A DNA stretch of 64,000 nt. It comes from Planctomycetota bacterium. Lineage in GTDB: Bacteria > Planctomycetota > UBA8742 > UBA2392. Below, piece by piece: positions 1-9,761 of this stretch; the stretch's first letter is position 1; every line of letters starts with the position of its first letter. A model generated the notes under the pieces. The model was not told the origin of the DNA. It ran no database searches and saw only the letters and a program-made list of their open reading frames with translations. The stretch covers positions 64,570-128,569 of the forward strand of contig JAJVIO010000019.1 of NCBI GenBank assembly GCA_022071975.1, given 5' to 3'. The position numbers and the translations under genes were made by a program.

Positions 1-156
1 CAGGCGCGGTGGGGCCACACGGCGGTCTGGGACTCCGTCCGCAGCCGGATGGTGGTTGTCGGCGGCCTGGCCGGCAAGGCCGATGGCGGCGGAGGAGAGA
101 TTCCCCTGACCCAGGAAGCAGGCGCGGTGGTTGACACCTGGTTCTGGGGCGACTGA
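1..156 (+). CDS. 3' end of a Kelch/beta-propeller repeat protein (partial, runs off the window start)
   Basis: Frame 1 is open from nt 1 to TGA 154-156. The translation ..RWGHTAVWDSVRSRMVVVGG.. fits a Kelch-type repeat. Confidence 0.35.
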   Translation, partial: QARWGHTAVWDSVRSRMVVVGGLAGKADGGGGEIPLTQEAGAVVDTWFWGD

Positions 157-199
157 TCTGCCGCGTGCACTTCGCGCAAACCACCGTATCTTCTTGCGT

Positions 200-982
200 A
201 TGAAGGCAGCCCGCGACCTGCGTGAACTGTTCAGCTACCGCGAACTGGTCGTGGTGCTCGCGCGGCGGGAAATCCGGGCACGGTACAAGTACAGCATTCT
301 GGGCGCGGGCTGGGCGGTTGCCCTGCCCGTTGCGCTGATGCTGCTGTTCTCGGTGGTGTTTGCCCGCGTGGCAAACTTCGACACCGGCGGGATCCCCTAT
401 CCGGTTTTCGCCTACATCGGTCTGCTGCCGTGGCAGCTACACGCCGGCATGCTGACCGGCGGCGCGCGAAGCCTGATCGACAATCGCGCCCTGGTCACCA
501 AGGTTTACTTTTCACGCGAGGTGTTGCCGCTGTCCAGGGCGCTGGCGGCACTGTTCGACTTCGCAGTTGCTGCCATCGTGCTGGCTGGGCTGATGGCCTG
601 GTACGGCCTGACACCGGGTTCGGGCGTGTGGCTGGTACCGCTGGTGCTGCTGGTTCAAATCGCTTTTGGCGTCGGGCTGGCCATGCTGGTCGCAGGCGCC
701 AACCTGCTGTATCGCGACGTACAGTACGTGCTGCAGGTGGCGATCACGATCTGGATGTTCGCCAGCTCGGTCGTCTACCCGCTGCCGAGAGAGGGCTGGC
801 TGCGCTGGCTGAGCTACGTTAACCCGATCACCCCGATCCTGGACGCCTACCGCGCGCTGCTGCTGGGCGGTCGCTTCAACGCAGGAGAGTTCGCGGCCGC
901 CGCGGGAATCAGCCTGCTCACACTGGTCGCCGGCTGGCTCTGGTTCCGGCGCGTGGAAAAACGATTCGGGGAACTGGCATGA
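200..982 (+). CDS. ABC-2 type polysaccharide/O-antigen export permease (Wzm/TagG type)
   Basis: ORF track 131..982. The in-frame ATG at 200 gives MKAARDLRELFSYRELVVVLARREIRARYK.., a typical ABC-2 N-terminus followed by multiple TM helices. Its stop overlaps the ATPase start (ATGA). Confidence 0.8.
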   Translation: MKAARDLRELFSYRELVVVLARREIRARYKYSILGAGWAVALPVALMLLFSVVFARVANFDTGGIPYPVFAYIGLLPWQLHAGMLTGGARSLIDNRALVTKVYFSREVLPLSRALAALFDFAVAAIVLAGLMAWYGLTPGSGVWLVPLVLLVQIAFGVGLAMLVAGANLLYRDVQYVLQVAITIWMFASSVVYPLPREGWLRWLSYVNPITPILDAYRALLLGGRFNAGEFAAAAGISLLTLVAGWLWFRRVEKRFGELA

Positions 983-2229
983 CGGACCCCGGCGTGGTCT
1001 TCAAAGACGTGTGGAAGCGGCTCCCCCGCCGCACGGAAGTTTCGACGCTCGCCGAGTTGCTGTACGCGCTTCCGAAACGGGCGCTGCAGCGGCGCGACGA
1101 AGACGGCCTGCTTCCTCATGAATTCTGGGCCTTGCGCAACCTTTCCTTCGAGCTGCAGCCCGGAGAGTCCCTGGGCATCATCGGCCCCAATGGCGCCGGC
1201 AAGAGCAGCATTCTCAAGCTGATCTTCCGGATCTTTCGGGCGGACCGCGGCGCCGTGCGGGCAAAAGGCCGCGTGACGGGGCTCATTGAGCTCGGCGCCG
1301 GCTTCCACCCCATGCTGAGCGGTCGCGAGAATGTGTTCATCAACGGCTCGATCCTTGGCATGCGCCAGAAAGAAATCCGGCGCAAGTACGACAGCATCGT
1401 CGAGTTCGCTGAACTGGGCGAGTTCATGGACATGCCGGTCAAGAACTTCAGCAGTGGAATGCACGCGCGCCTGGCCTTCGCGATCGCCGCGCACGCCGAC
1501 CCGGACGTGCTGCTGGTTGACGAGGTGCTGGCGGTGGGCGACGCTTCTTTCCAGAACCGCTGCTACGAGTGGATCGAGAACCGTCGGCGCAAAGGCTGCA
1601 GCATCGTGATCGTCACGCACCAGTTGCACGTGGTGCAGTCCGCCACACGCTGCCTCTACCTGAGTGAGGGCAGGCAGGTGATGCTGGATGAGCCGGCGCC
1701 CGTAATCGACCGCTACCTGCGCGACCAGGCCGAACTCCTGGAACGCGCCGACGCGCAGCCGGCGGCCAGCCCCGGCATTACCCAGGTGCAACTGCTGGAC
1801 CGGCATGAGCGTCCCGTGCACGAAGTCGAGGCCGGCGCGCCCGTCACCCTGCGCGTTCACTGGAAGTTTCCTGAGCCCGTGATCGGCCCAGTGGTCACGC
1901 TGGACCTCTTTCATGATGACCCGCGATTCCTGATCTCGACACCGGGCGGCAACCTGGCCCAGCTCTCCAGCGGCGATTCACTCGCGACAGAAGTTGCCCA
2001 GGGCAGCGGGGCATTCGATGTACGTGTCGACGGGATGCACCTTCCCGTCGGCATGTATTGTGTGCGCGCGGCCGTGAAGGCGCACGGAGCGCTTACCGCC
2101 GCCATGCGCCGCGATGACGCGTTGCGTTTCGAGGTGCGGCGCCCGGCCGGCAGCGAGTCCCACGCGTTGATCGAGCTGGCCCAGAGCTGGAGCGTGGTCT
2201 CGCCGACGGAGTCGATCGAGAAACGATGA
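979..2229 (+). CDS. ABC transporter ATP-binding protein (Wzt/TagH type) with C-terminal extension
   Basis: Walker A GPNGAGKS, signature FSSGM, Walker B LLVDE. An extra C-terminal domain of ~170 aa resembles Wzt carbohydrate-binding modules. Confidence 0.85.
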   Translation: MTDPGVVFKDVWKRLPRRTEVSTLAELLYALPKRALQRRDEDGLLPHEFWALRNLSFELQPGESLGIIGPNGAGKSSILKLIFRIFRADRGAVRAKGRVTGLIELGAGFHPMLSGRENVFINGSILGMRQKEIRRKYDSIVEFAELGEFMDMPVKNFSSGMHARLAFAIAAHADPDVLLVDEVLAVGDASFQNRCYEWIENRRRKGCSIVIVTHQLHVVQSATRCLYLSEGRQVMLDEPAPVIDRYLRDQAELLERADAQPAASPGITQVQLLDRHERPVHEVEAGAPVTLRVHWKFPEPVIGPVVTLDLFHDDPRFLISTPGGNLAQLSSGDSLATEVAQGSGAFDVRVDGMHLPVGMYCVRAAVKAHGALTAAMRRDDALRFEVRRPAGSESHALIELAQSWSVVSPTESIEKR

Positions 2230-4001
2230 ACGACGTTTCCGACAGCAGCGAACGGCCGGCGCGCCTGCTCGTGATCGCGGCCGCGGCGCACAACCCCGGT
2301 GGGGTGTTCGGTGCTGTCGAGGTTCGAGGAGCCGGCGACGCCGACCAGGCGGCCCGTGCGGACTGCATCCGCGCCGACGCGGCAGGCGCTGAGGCGGCAA
2401 TCGGGCTGGGCAGGAAGTGGGGCGTCCCCGTGGTGCTGTTGGCCGACGCTGATCCGCAGTTTCTGAAGGAAGCGTCCTGCGTGCTCGCAGCCAGTGAATC
2501 CGCGGCAGCGAACTGTATCGAAGCCGGCGCCGATCCGGCCCGCGTGGTAACGATGCCGCCGGCCGTGGACCGAAGTCTGTTCACGCCGGAAGGCGAGGCC
2601 GCGGCCGGACCGCAGGGGAGGCCGCGTCTGCTGAGTTTGGAGCACGACAACCTGGATCGCGCGCTGCAGGCCAGCGCGCTGGCGACCGCCCGCCTGCCCG
2701 ATCTAAGGCTTGTGCAGATTGGCGGTGACAAGCCATTGCCAGCCTTCGCCGAGCGGCGCGAAGGACTGCACGAAAACGAGTTGCCCGCCTGGTTTCGCTG
2801 GGCCGACGCACTTCTGCTGCCTGCACGTTCGGATGGGCCGGTTGATGCGCTCGCGCGGGCGCTGGCCTGCGGGACGCCGTGCATTACTTCGAACAGGCCG
2901 CCGATGAATGAGGTTGTCACGGATCAGTGGGACGGCCTGCTGGTCGACCCCGAGAGCGCCGATGAAATTGCGCAAGCCATCCGCGGTGTTGCAGACCCGG
3001 CTGTTCAGGCGCGGTTGGCGGCCCCGGCACGGACCTCAAGCGAGAGTTTCGATTCCACGGCGGTGCAGGCGCGGGAAGCCGCACTGTACCGCTGGCTGCT
3101 TGGCCGACAGCGACCGATGATCAGCGTCGTGCTGCCTACCTATAACCGCGCCCGGCTGGTTGAGGCGGCCGTGCGCAACGTGCTGTCGCAGGATTACTCG
3201 AACCTCGAGTTGATCGTCGTCAATGACGGAAGCACCGACGCGACAGCCGAAATCCTGCGAAAGCTGTCAACGGACCTGAATGACTCGCGGCTTCGCGTTG
3301 TGAGCCGCGAAAATGGAGGTCTGCCAACCGCACTGAACACTGGCTTCGCAGCCGCAACGGGCGATTATTGGACCTGGACCAGCGACGACAACGCTTATCG
3401 GCCGGGGGCATTGTCCGCTCTGGCCCGTGAACTGATGCTCGATGCGACCATCGGCCTGGTTTATGCAGACATGTTGATCCGCGACGAAGCGGGCGTTCAA
3501 CGGCGCTTCGTCGCCGGGCCGCCCGAGCGACTTGAGGAAGGAAGTTGTGTGGGAGGCTGTTTCCTGTACCGCGCGGAGCTGGCGCGGCAGGTCGGCAAGT
3601 ATGATCCCGGCTACACGCTGGCTGAAGACTATGATTACTGGCTGCGCATGCATCGCATCGCGCGCTTCGCCTGGCTGCACCGGCTGCTGTATGACTATGC
3701 CGATGCGCCGCACAGCCTGACGCGCCGGAGATTTCGAGAAATGCAGGCCGTGCAGATGAAACTGTTTGAGCGCGAACAGGGCGGACGCGCCGACTGGCGC
3801 CAGCGAAAGTTTGAGCACCTGCTGCGGCACGCGTCGGCCGCCAAGAATCACGGCCTGCCTGGTGCTGCGATGTCCGCGGCCTGGGCCGCGATCCGCCAGC
3901 AACCCTCGGTCGCGCGCGGCTGGTGGGCGCTGCTGCGGGCGCTGACGCCGATGCCGCTTCTGAACCTGTCGCGCAGAATGCGGGGACTCGATGCCGGTTG
4001 A
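2226..4001 (+). CDS. Two-domain glycosyltransferase (GT4-like C-terminal half + GT2)
   Basis: The N-terminal half carries the GT1/GT4 donor-binding region (..ADALLLPARSDGPVDALARALACGTPCITSN..). The second half starts ISVVLPTYNR..IVVNDGSTD..WTSDDN, a GT2 signature. Confidence 0.75.
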   Translation: MNDVSDSSERPARLLVIAAAAHNPGGVFGAVEVRGAGDADQAARADCIRADAAGAEAAIGLGRKWGVPVVLLADADPQFLKEASCVLAASESAAANCIEAGADPARVVTMPPAVDRSLFTPEGEAAAGPQGRPRLLSLEHDNLDRALQASALATARLPDLRLVQIGGDKPLPAFAERREGLHENELPAWFRWADALLLPARSDGPVDALARALACGTPCITSNRPPMNEVVTDQWDGLLVDPESADEIAQAIRGVADPAVQARLAAPARTSSESFDSTAVQAREAALYRWLLGRQRPMISVVLPTYNRARLVEAAVRNVLSQDYSNLELIVVNDGSTDATAEILRKLSTDLNDSRLRVVSRENGGLPTALNTGFAAATGDYWTWTSDDNAYRPGALSALARELMLDATIGLVYADMLIRDEAGVQRRFVAGPPERLEEGSCVGGCFLYRAELARQVGKYDPGYTLAEDYDYWLRMHRIARFAWLHRLLYDYADAPHSLTRRRFREMQAVQMKLFEREQGGRADWRQRKFEHLLRHASAAKNHGLPGAAMSAAWAAIRQQPSVARGWWALLRALTPMPLLNLSRRMRGLDAG

Positions 4002-5091
4002 TGTCTCCGTCGTGGTCGGCACGCGGCCGGAAGCGATCAAGTGCGCGCCGGTGGTACTCGCATTGCGCGAACGCGGACTGAGCGTGCGGCTGGTTGCCAG
4101 CGGCCAGCATGCCGAGCTGCTGGATGACGCGCTGGCGGCGTTCGGCCTGGTGGCGGACGTCAACCTGCACGCCATGGTCGCGACACCCGACCTGTCCGCC
4201 CTGACCGCCCGGTTGCTCGAGCGCCTGGGCGGCGAGTTGCGCGTGAATCCGCCGCGCATGGTGCTTGTGCAAGGCGACGCTACAACCTGTCTGTCCGCCG
4301 CCATGGCGGCTTTCTACATGCACCTGCCCTGCGGCCACGTTGAAGCCGGCCTTCGCAGCGGAAACCTGGCCGCGCCGTGGCCCGAGGAGATGAACCGCCT
4401 GCTTGCCGATCGCCTCTGCACGCGACACTACGCGCCGACGCCCGGGGCGCGCGATGCCCTGTTGCGTGAGGGCTACTCGCCGGACTCGATCATCGTCACG
4501 GGCCAGACCGGCGTGGACGCCGCCTTGTGGATGGCAGACCGACTGGGAGACGCCCCACCCGAGGTGCTATGTGGAGTGAAAGGCCGCGTGGTGTTCGTGA
4601 CTGCCCACCGGCGCGAGAACCTCGGCGGCGGAATCGAGGCAATCTTGCGCGGCGTGGTTGCAGCGCTGGATGGGCACCCGGACTGCGCGGCCGTGCTGGC
4701 TTCGCATCCCAACCCTGACGTGCGTCGCGAAGTCGAGCGCGTGCGGCATCCGCGACTGCTGGTCTGCGATCCGCTGGAGTACGCGGATTCGATCTGGATG
4801 CTGAAGCACGCCGCCGTGATCGTAAGCGACAGCGGCGGCATCCAGGAGGAAGCGCCTTCCTTCGGCACGCCTGTGCTGGTGGCGCGTGACGTGACGGAGC
4901 GCCCGGAAGGCTTGCAGGCAGGCTTCCTCCGGCTGGTTGGCTCTGACGAGCGCCGGGTTGCGAGTGCGTTGGATGAAGTGCTTGCTGATTCGGGGCTGCG
5001 CGAACGCCTGAAGGGAACGCCCAACCCTTATGGCGACGGCCACGCCGCCGAACGCATCGCTGCTGACGTCGCGGGATTGCTGAAATCGTGA
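3991..5091 (+). CDS. wecB: UDP-N-acetylglucosamine 2-epimerase
   Basis: VVVGTRPEAIKCAPV.., HVEAGLRS, ..SDSGGIQEEAPSFGTPVLV.. are hallmark WecB/MnaA motifs. 366 aa. Confidence 0.85.
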   Translation: MPVDVSVVVGTRPEAIKCAPVVLALRERGLSVRLVASGQHAELLDDALAAFGLVADVNLHAMVATPDLSALTARLLERLGGELRVNPPRMVLVQGDATTCLSAAMAAFYMHLPCGHVEAGLRSGNLAAPWPEEMNRLLADRLCTRHYAPTPGARDALLREGYSPDSIIVTGQTGVDAALWMADRLGDAPPEVLCGVKGRVVFVTAHRRENLGGGIEAILRGVVAALDGHPDCAAVLASHPNPDVRREVERVRHPRLLVCDPLEYADSIWMLKHAAVIVSDSGGIQEEAPSFGTPVLVARDVTERPEGLQAGFLRLVGSDERRVASALDEVLADSGLRERLKGTPNPYGDGHAAERIAADVAGLLKS

Positions 5092-7316
5092 ACGAGCCTG
5101 ACAGACCAGCGCAGCGTTTTGAGCAGGCCCGCCCACGCGTGCTGTGGCTCGGGCGCATGATCTTCGGGAGGGGGTACCGCGTCCGCGAAGTCGAGCTCGC
5201 GCAACGGCTGGCGCGGCGCGCGCAGGTGTTCGCGCTGGACCGCACGCAGGCCATGGCCGGGCAGCGTCCCAGCCTCGGTGACAAGTTGCGCCTGCGCGTG
5301 GACTTGCTTCGAGCCCCATTCGAACTGCTGGAGGAAGGACCACTGGCGCGATTTACCATGCCCGTTGCCGCCGGCACCGGTCCTCTGCTGAACGAGTTGG
5401 CGGCCGGCTGGAACGAGCGCCGCCTGCGTGAGGCCCTGCGCCACTTCGACTGCAGGCAGGTCTACCTGAGCTCACCGTTCTTCTTCATGCCTCCGCGCGA
5501 GCGGGCGTACCGTCTGCACTTCGACGTGATCGACAATTTCCACGACCAATGGCCCGACACCCGTGTCGGCCGCGCAAGGCGCGAGTTCCACCGCGAGCAG
5601 TTGCGCCGCGCCGACAGCGTCTCGGCATCCAGCCTGCAGCTGTGCGACTACGTGCAGCGCCTGGCCGACCGCCCGGCCGTATACATCCCCAACGGTGCGC
5701 CGCTGGCTGAAATGCGCAAGGTGCCGCGCGCAGAGGCGGAGGCCATCCGCGAGCGTTATGGCCTGCGCGACCGCTTTGTGATCGGCTTCATCGGCAACCA
5801 CACCATGCCCTTCTACGGCATGGAGCGTCTGGTGCGCGGCTTCATGCAGGCGCGCACCAAACGGCCGGAACTCGCGTTGCTGGTGGTCGGACCCGACGGC
5901 GACCGCGCGCTCAGGTACTGCGCCGGCGAGGCTGATGGCGTGTTCGTAACCGGGCCCGTGCCCGTGGAGCAGGTGGGAGCGTACTTCCAGGCCTGTGACG
6001 CTGGCGCGCACCCTTACGATCCGCGGCCGCAGACCCACGATGCCATGGCGCTGAACGTGATCGAGTTCAGCGCCTGCAGCAAGCCTGTGCTGAGCAACCC
6101 GCTGACCGAGTTCCAGCGCCTGGCGTTACCCAACGTGCGATTCACGGACGGTGCTGCCATCCGCGACTGGGCCGCGGCGCTGGCCGATCCCGCCAGCTTT
6201 GCAGCCTTCGACGAAGACGCCCTGCAGCGCGCGCTGCAGCCTTTCGACTGGGATCGCTCGGCTGATCTGCTGGCGGGCGCCATGGGCCTGCCCGGCAGCA
6301 CGCAGCCTCCCGTACCCCCGCCCGACACGCGAATGCACGGGGTTGTGCAGTTCACCCGCCGGCCGCTGCCGGGTTACCACAGCATCGAGAAGCTGTTCGC
6401 GGCCGTGCGCGGCGCAATGCGACCCAAGGTTGACGTGCGGGTCGAGGAGTGTCCCGAAGTCAGCCGCGCCGTCCTGCCCAGGTTCCGGAACCTGCGCTGG
6501 GCGAAGCGCGCGGCCGGGGCTGTGAACCACGTCGTGGGCGACGTCCACTACCTGGCGCTTGGGTTGCCGGGTGCGCGCACGCTGCTGACAGTGCACGACT
6601 GCGTGGCGCTGCACCGCGGATCGAAGCTCAAGCGCGCCATCCTTCGCAAGCTGTACTTCCAGTGGCCGGTAGCGCGCGCGGCGAGGGTCAGCACGATCTC
6701 GCAGACGACCAAGGACGAGCTGGTGCGAGTAACCGGCTGCGACCCGGCCAAGGTGCGGGTGATTCCCAACTGCGTGGCGCCGGAGTTCCAGCACGCACCG
6801 CGCGAGTTCAATGCCGCGCGCCCCGTGCTGATGCTGGTGGGCACCCTGCCGCACAAGAACCTGGAACGCACGCTGGAGGCACTGCGCGGCATGCCCTGCC
6901 GGTTGAGAATCATCGGGCGCTTGACAAGTCAACAGCAGATGCTGCTGCGGGAGTTCGAGTACGTCAACGAGTTTGACCTGACCACCCGGCAGATGGCAGC
7001 CGCATATCGCGACTGCGACCTGCTGGTGTTCGCCAGTCTCTATGAAGGCTTCGGCATACCGATCCTGGAGGCGCAGGCCAGCGGCCGTCCGGTGGTGACA
7101 TCCAACCTGTCCAGCATGCCCGAGGTCGCGGGTGAAGGCGCCTGCCTGGTGGACCCCAATGACACGGAATCGATCCGTGCCGGAGTACTGCGTGTGGTCC
7201 AGGATCACGAATACCGCAACGGGCTGGTCGCGAAGGGCCTGCAGAACGTCGAGAAGTACCGGCCGGAGCGTGTCGCCGCAATGTACATGGAAGTCTACCG
7301 CGAACTATTGCTCTAG
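5088..7316 (+). CDS. Large glycosyltransferase with two GT4-like modules
   Basis: 742 aa. The C-terminal part has ..LLVFASLYEGFGIPILEAQASGRPVVTSN.. (GT4 E-x7-E region). The N-terminal half is a second Rossmann-type GT module. Confidence 0.7.
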   Translation: MNEPDRPAQRFEQARPRVLWLGRMIFGRGYRVREVELAQRLARRAQVFALDRTQAMAGQRPSLGDKLRLRVDLLRAPFELLEEGPLARFTMPVAAGTGPLLNELAAGWNERRLREALRHFDCRQVYLSSPFFFMPPRERAYRLHFDVIDNFHDQWPDTRVGRARREFHREQLRRADSVSASSLQLCDYVQRLADRPAVYIPNGAPLAEMRKVPRAEAEAIRERYGLRDRFVIGFIGNHTMPFYGMERLVRGFMQARTKRPELALLVVGPDGDRALRYCAGEADGVFVTGPVPVEQVGAYFQACDAGAHPYDPRPQTHDAMALNVIEFSACSKPVLSNPLTEFQRLALPNVRFTDGAAIRDWAAALADPASFAAFDEDALQRALQPFDWDRSADLLAGAMGLPGSTQPPVPPPDTRMHGVVQFTRRPLPGYHSIEKLFAAVRGAMRPKVDVRVEECPEVSRAVLPRFRNLRWAKRAAGAVNHVVGDVHYLALGLPGARTLLTVHDCVALHRGSKLKRAILRKLYFQWPVARAARVSTISQTTKDELVRVTGCDPAKVRVIPNCVAPEFQHAPREFNAARPVLMLVGTLPHKNLERTLEALRGMPCRLRIIGRLTSQQQMLLREFEYVNEFDLTTRQMAAAYRDCDLLVFASLYEGFGIPILEAQASGRPVVTSNLSSMPEVAGEGACLVDPNDTESIRAGVLRVVQDHEYRNGLVAKGLQNVEKYRPERVAAMYMEVYRELLL

Positions 7317-8497
7317 AAAAAGTCCGGCATCCAGGGTGTGGTGCCCGCGAACATGGCCTGCAGGGCGGCGTCGTGCTGCTCGGTGCCGGTCAGCAGGCCA
7401 GCGTGGCGCAGTTGTGCCGGCGCCAGGCTGCCGGAGTAGAGGGCAGCCAGACCGCGCACATGCAGGCGCGGACCGCCGCGACCACCGCGTTCGACCTGCA
7501 TGCGGCCGTCGCTGAGCTGTAAGGTCCAGTCGCCGGAGTTGTCGGGCAGGGCCGGGTCGTCAATCGTGACCTGAGCTTCTGTTTTCACGTGTGCCGAGTA
7601 GCCCCGCTGCTGCAGGGCGTCGGGCACTCTCACGATTCGCAGCATCCAGTCCTGGCGCTCGTGCACGCGCACCTCCTGGTTGAGCTGCAGTTCGATCAGC
7701 AGCGGGTCCTGCGGCGCGGCGTAGAAATACAGGTGGTTCGCCACGCTGCGGTTGCGGGCGAAGAAGCCCAACAACTCGCGGGCCGCGTCACGCGTCAGGC
7801 ACACGAGGTCGCGCGCGTGCATGTCGTAGCGGAAGCCGGCGCCAGGTTCGCGCTTCTGGATGTAGAGCGTATACCCCTCAGGCACGCCGTTGCGCTCAAC
7901 CACATAGGCGCACAGCGGCGTCTCGCGGGGTGCTCGTTTTACGCGCTCCCAGATTCTGTCAATGCGGTCGAGGCAGCCGTTCTCTACAGCGTGGCGACGC
8001 CGGTACAACTCGGACAGCAATTCCTGCGCCGAGTCGTCCAGCGGACGCACCTGCAGACTGCCATCTCCGTGGGGCAGCTCGCTGAGTCGGGCGGCATAGG
8101 CGCAGCGGGAGCCGGCGAACTCCCAGCCCAGGTTGCGGTACAGTTTTGGCGCGGCGGGGTAGAGCGTTGAGAGAGGGGCGCCAAGCTCGAAGTTCTCCTG
8201 CAGCAACGCGCTCATCAGCTCGCGGGCCATGCCCTGTGAGCGCAGCTCTGGCTTTACGCCGACGCCGGCCACGCCCCAGGTGGGCACGCTTCGCCCGCCG
8301 AAGAACTGGCCCATGCGGTAGAACACCAGGCCGGCCTGCACGTCGCCGTCACGCAGCAGGCGCACGTCGGGGCCTGCACTGTTGATCCAGCCGGTGAACG
8401 CGTCCACGTCCCCGGCGAAAGCCTGGGCGACGATCCCGGCGTAGCGGCGTCTTTCGGCGTCGCCGTCGGGCTCGCCGTAACGGGGAAGCTTGGCCAT
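7313..8497 (-). CDS. GNAT acetyltransferase, Eis-like (GNAT + SCP2-like C-terminus)
   Basis: The ORF track extends to 8764, but the in-frame ATG at 8497 gives MAKLPRYGEP... The GNAT core is ..VAGVGVKPELRSQGMARELM... Overall size and layout match Eis/MSMEG_3765-type enzymes. Confidence 0.7.
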   Translation of the reverse strand: MAKLPRYGEPDGDAERRRYAGIVAQAFAGDVDAFTGWINSAGPDVRLLRDGDVQAGLVFYRMGQFFGGRSVPTWGVAGVGVKPELRSQGMARELMSALLQENFELGAPLSTLYPAAPKLYRNLGWEFAGSRCAYAARLSELPHGDGSLQVRPLDDSAQELLSELYRRRHAVENGCLDRIDRIWERVKRAPRETPLCAYVVERNGVPEGYTLYIQKREPGAGFRYDMHARDLVCLTRDAARELLGFFARNRSVANHLYFYAAPQDPLLIELQLNQEVRVHERQDWMLRIVRVPDALQQRGYSAHVKTEAQVTIDDPALPDNSGDWTLQLSDGRMQVERGGRGGPRLHVRGLAALYSGSLAPAQLRHAGLLTGTEQHDAALQAMFAGTTPWMPDFF

Positions 8498-8501
8498 GGA
8501 T

Positions 8502-9761
8502 TCACTCCTGCCGGGTGCCGAGGATTTCCGCTTCGAACTCGCGCCGCCAGCCGCCCGCCCACAGCGCTTCGACCTGGTCCAGCTGGGCACGCACCGACTG
8601 CAGCTGATCGAACATGGCCAGCACCTCGCTGTCGGCTGGGCCCCGGCGCTGCAGCAGCGGGCGCAGCTTCGCCTCGAGCGCCCGGTTGGTGGCGCGCAAC
8701 TCGGCCAGGTCGGTGTTGCGGCCCATGCCTTCCAGGATCGCTTCAAGGCGCGCTTCCGAGTCAACGCTGATCACGGGGCGCAGTTTTTCCATGTCGGCGT
8801 CACTGGGTGGCGTGCCGGCGATCGCGACATCCATGGCCAGCAGGGCAACCGTCTGCTCCCCGGTCATCACCACGTCCAGCATCACGGCCTGGGTGGCCAG
8901 CGCGAGATCGGTTCCCTTCAGGCGCTTCAGCTGGTTGAGGGCGAAGGTGGCGCGTTCCGGCCACGGGCTGCGCGCCAGCGCCAGCAGCACCAGTACATCC
9001 TTGCCGACCAATTCACCAAGCTGCAACTCGGCCGCGGCGCGGTCCACGGCGCGCGGCAGGGCCAACTCATCCAGCGCATCCTGCAACTGGCGCAACGCCA
9101 GTCGCGGGGCCTGCGGGCGGCGGTCCTGATAGCGGCTCCAGGCAGGTTGCGCGAAGGGCGAGGCGATCGTTGAGCGCAGCACGGCGTCTTCTGCGGCAAA
9201 CGCCAGCAGTGAGCCGGGCTCCGCCACGGCCAGCACCTGCTCCGCGACGCCCTGGCCGCGCGCGCTGCTGAGCGTGCCGAGCAGGTTACAGCACTCGATG
9301 CGCTGGAACAGCTCGAGTTCGGGCTCTGCCAGGCGTTGCTCGATCAGCGCAAGCAGCTTGTCCTGGTCCGCGCTCTTGAGCCCGCGTGAAGCGATGGTCC
9401 GTTCCGCGCGGCGCGATTCGCGATTACACAGGGTGTCGAGGCACAGCCGCACCCGACCCTCATGCTCGGTGTGGGCCAGCACGCGCAGCAGAACTTCACG
9501 GCCGCGGCGCGGCTGGGCGGGCATTTCTTCAACAAGCTTCTCGAAGTGTTCCCGGGCGCCTCGCTCCACCAGCCGCTCGGCCTGCAGGCGCTGCTCCGGC
9601 ACGCGCGACGACAGGTAGGGAAGCACAGCCTGCAGGCTCTGCCAGCCGGGGGCGCTCTCCGCCGCAGGCTGCGGGGGTTGGTCGTCCTGCGCCAGCACGG
9701 AACCCAGCACCGCGAAGGCGATGACGGCCAGCAGCACGATTGTCAGGCGCAACCGGTTCAT
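8502..9761 (-). CDS. Secreted hypothetical protein (alpha-helical/HEAT-like)
   Basis: Signal peptide MNRLRLTIVLLAVIAFAVLGSVLAQ. Long helical Leu/Ala/Arg-rich sequence. Start overlaps the lnt stop. Confidence 0.5.
   Translation of the reverse strand: MNRLRLTIVLLAVIAFAVLGSVLAQDDQPPQPAAESAPGWQSLQAVLPYLSSRVPEQRLQAERLVERGAREHFEKLVEEMPAQPRRGREVLLRVLAHTEHEGRVRLCLDTLCNRESRRAERTIASRGLKSADQDKLLALIEQRLAEPELELFQRIECCNLLGTLSSARGQGVAEQVLAVAEPGSLLAFAAEDAVLRSTIASPFAQPAWSRYQDRRPQAPRLALRQLQDALDELALPRAVDRAAAELQLGELVGKDVLVLLALARSPWPERATFALNQLKRLKGTDLALATQAVMLDVVMTGEQTVALLAMDVAIAGTPPSDADMEKLRPVISVDSEARLEAILEGMGRNTDLAELRATNRALEAKLRPLLQRRGPADSEVLAMFDQLQSVRAQLDQVEALWAGGWRREFEAEILGTRQE

Noticed and set aside
847-1914. 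Long antisense and alternative-frame ORFs: 847..1914-, 3220..4428-, 6126..7208-, 12347..14131+, 26934..28370-, 30417..31457-, 30974..32641-, 32766..33947-, 35245..36294-, 45635..46762-, 51792..53177-, 55856..57784+ and many shorter ones.
   Set aside because: They lie opposite to, or overlap, genes with clear family motifs. Their translations are Arg/Ala/Gly/Pro-rich low-complexity sequence typical of shadow ORFs in high-GC DNA. None shows a recognisable domain.
8498-8764. N-terminal 89-aa extension of the GNAT ORF (track start 8764).
   Set aside because: The extension is Cys/Arg/Ser-rich nonsense and overlaps the C-terminus of the neighbouring gene 8502..9761. The family-typical N-terminus starts at ATG 8497.
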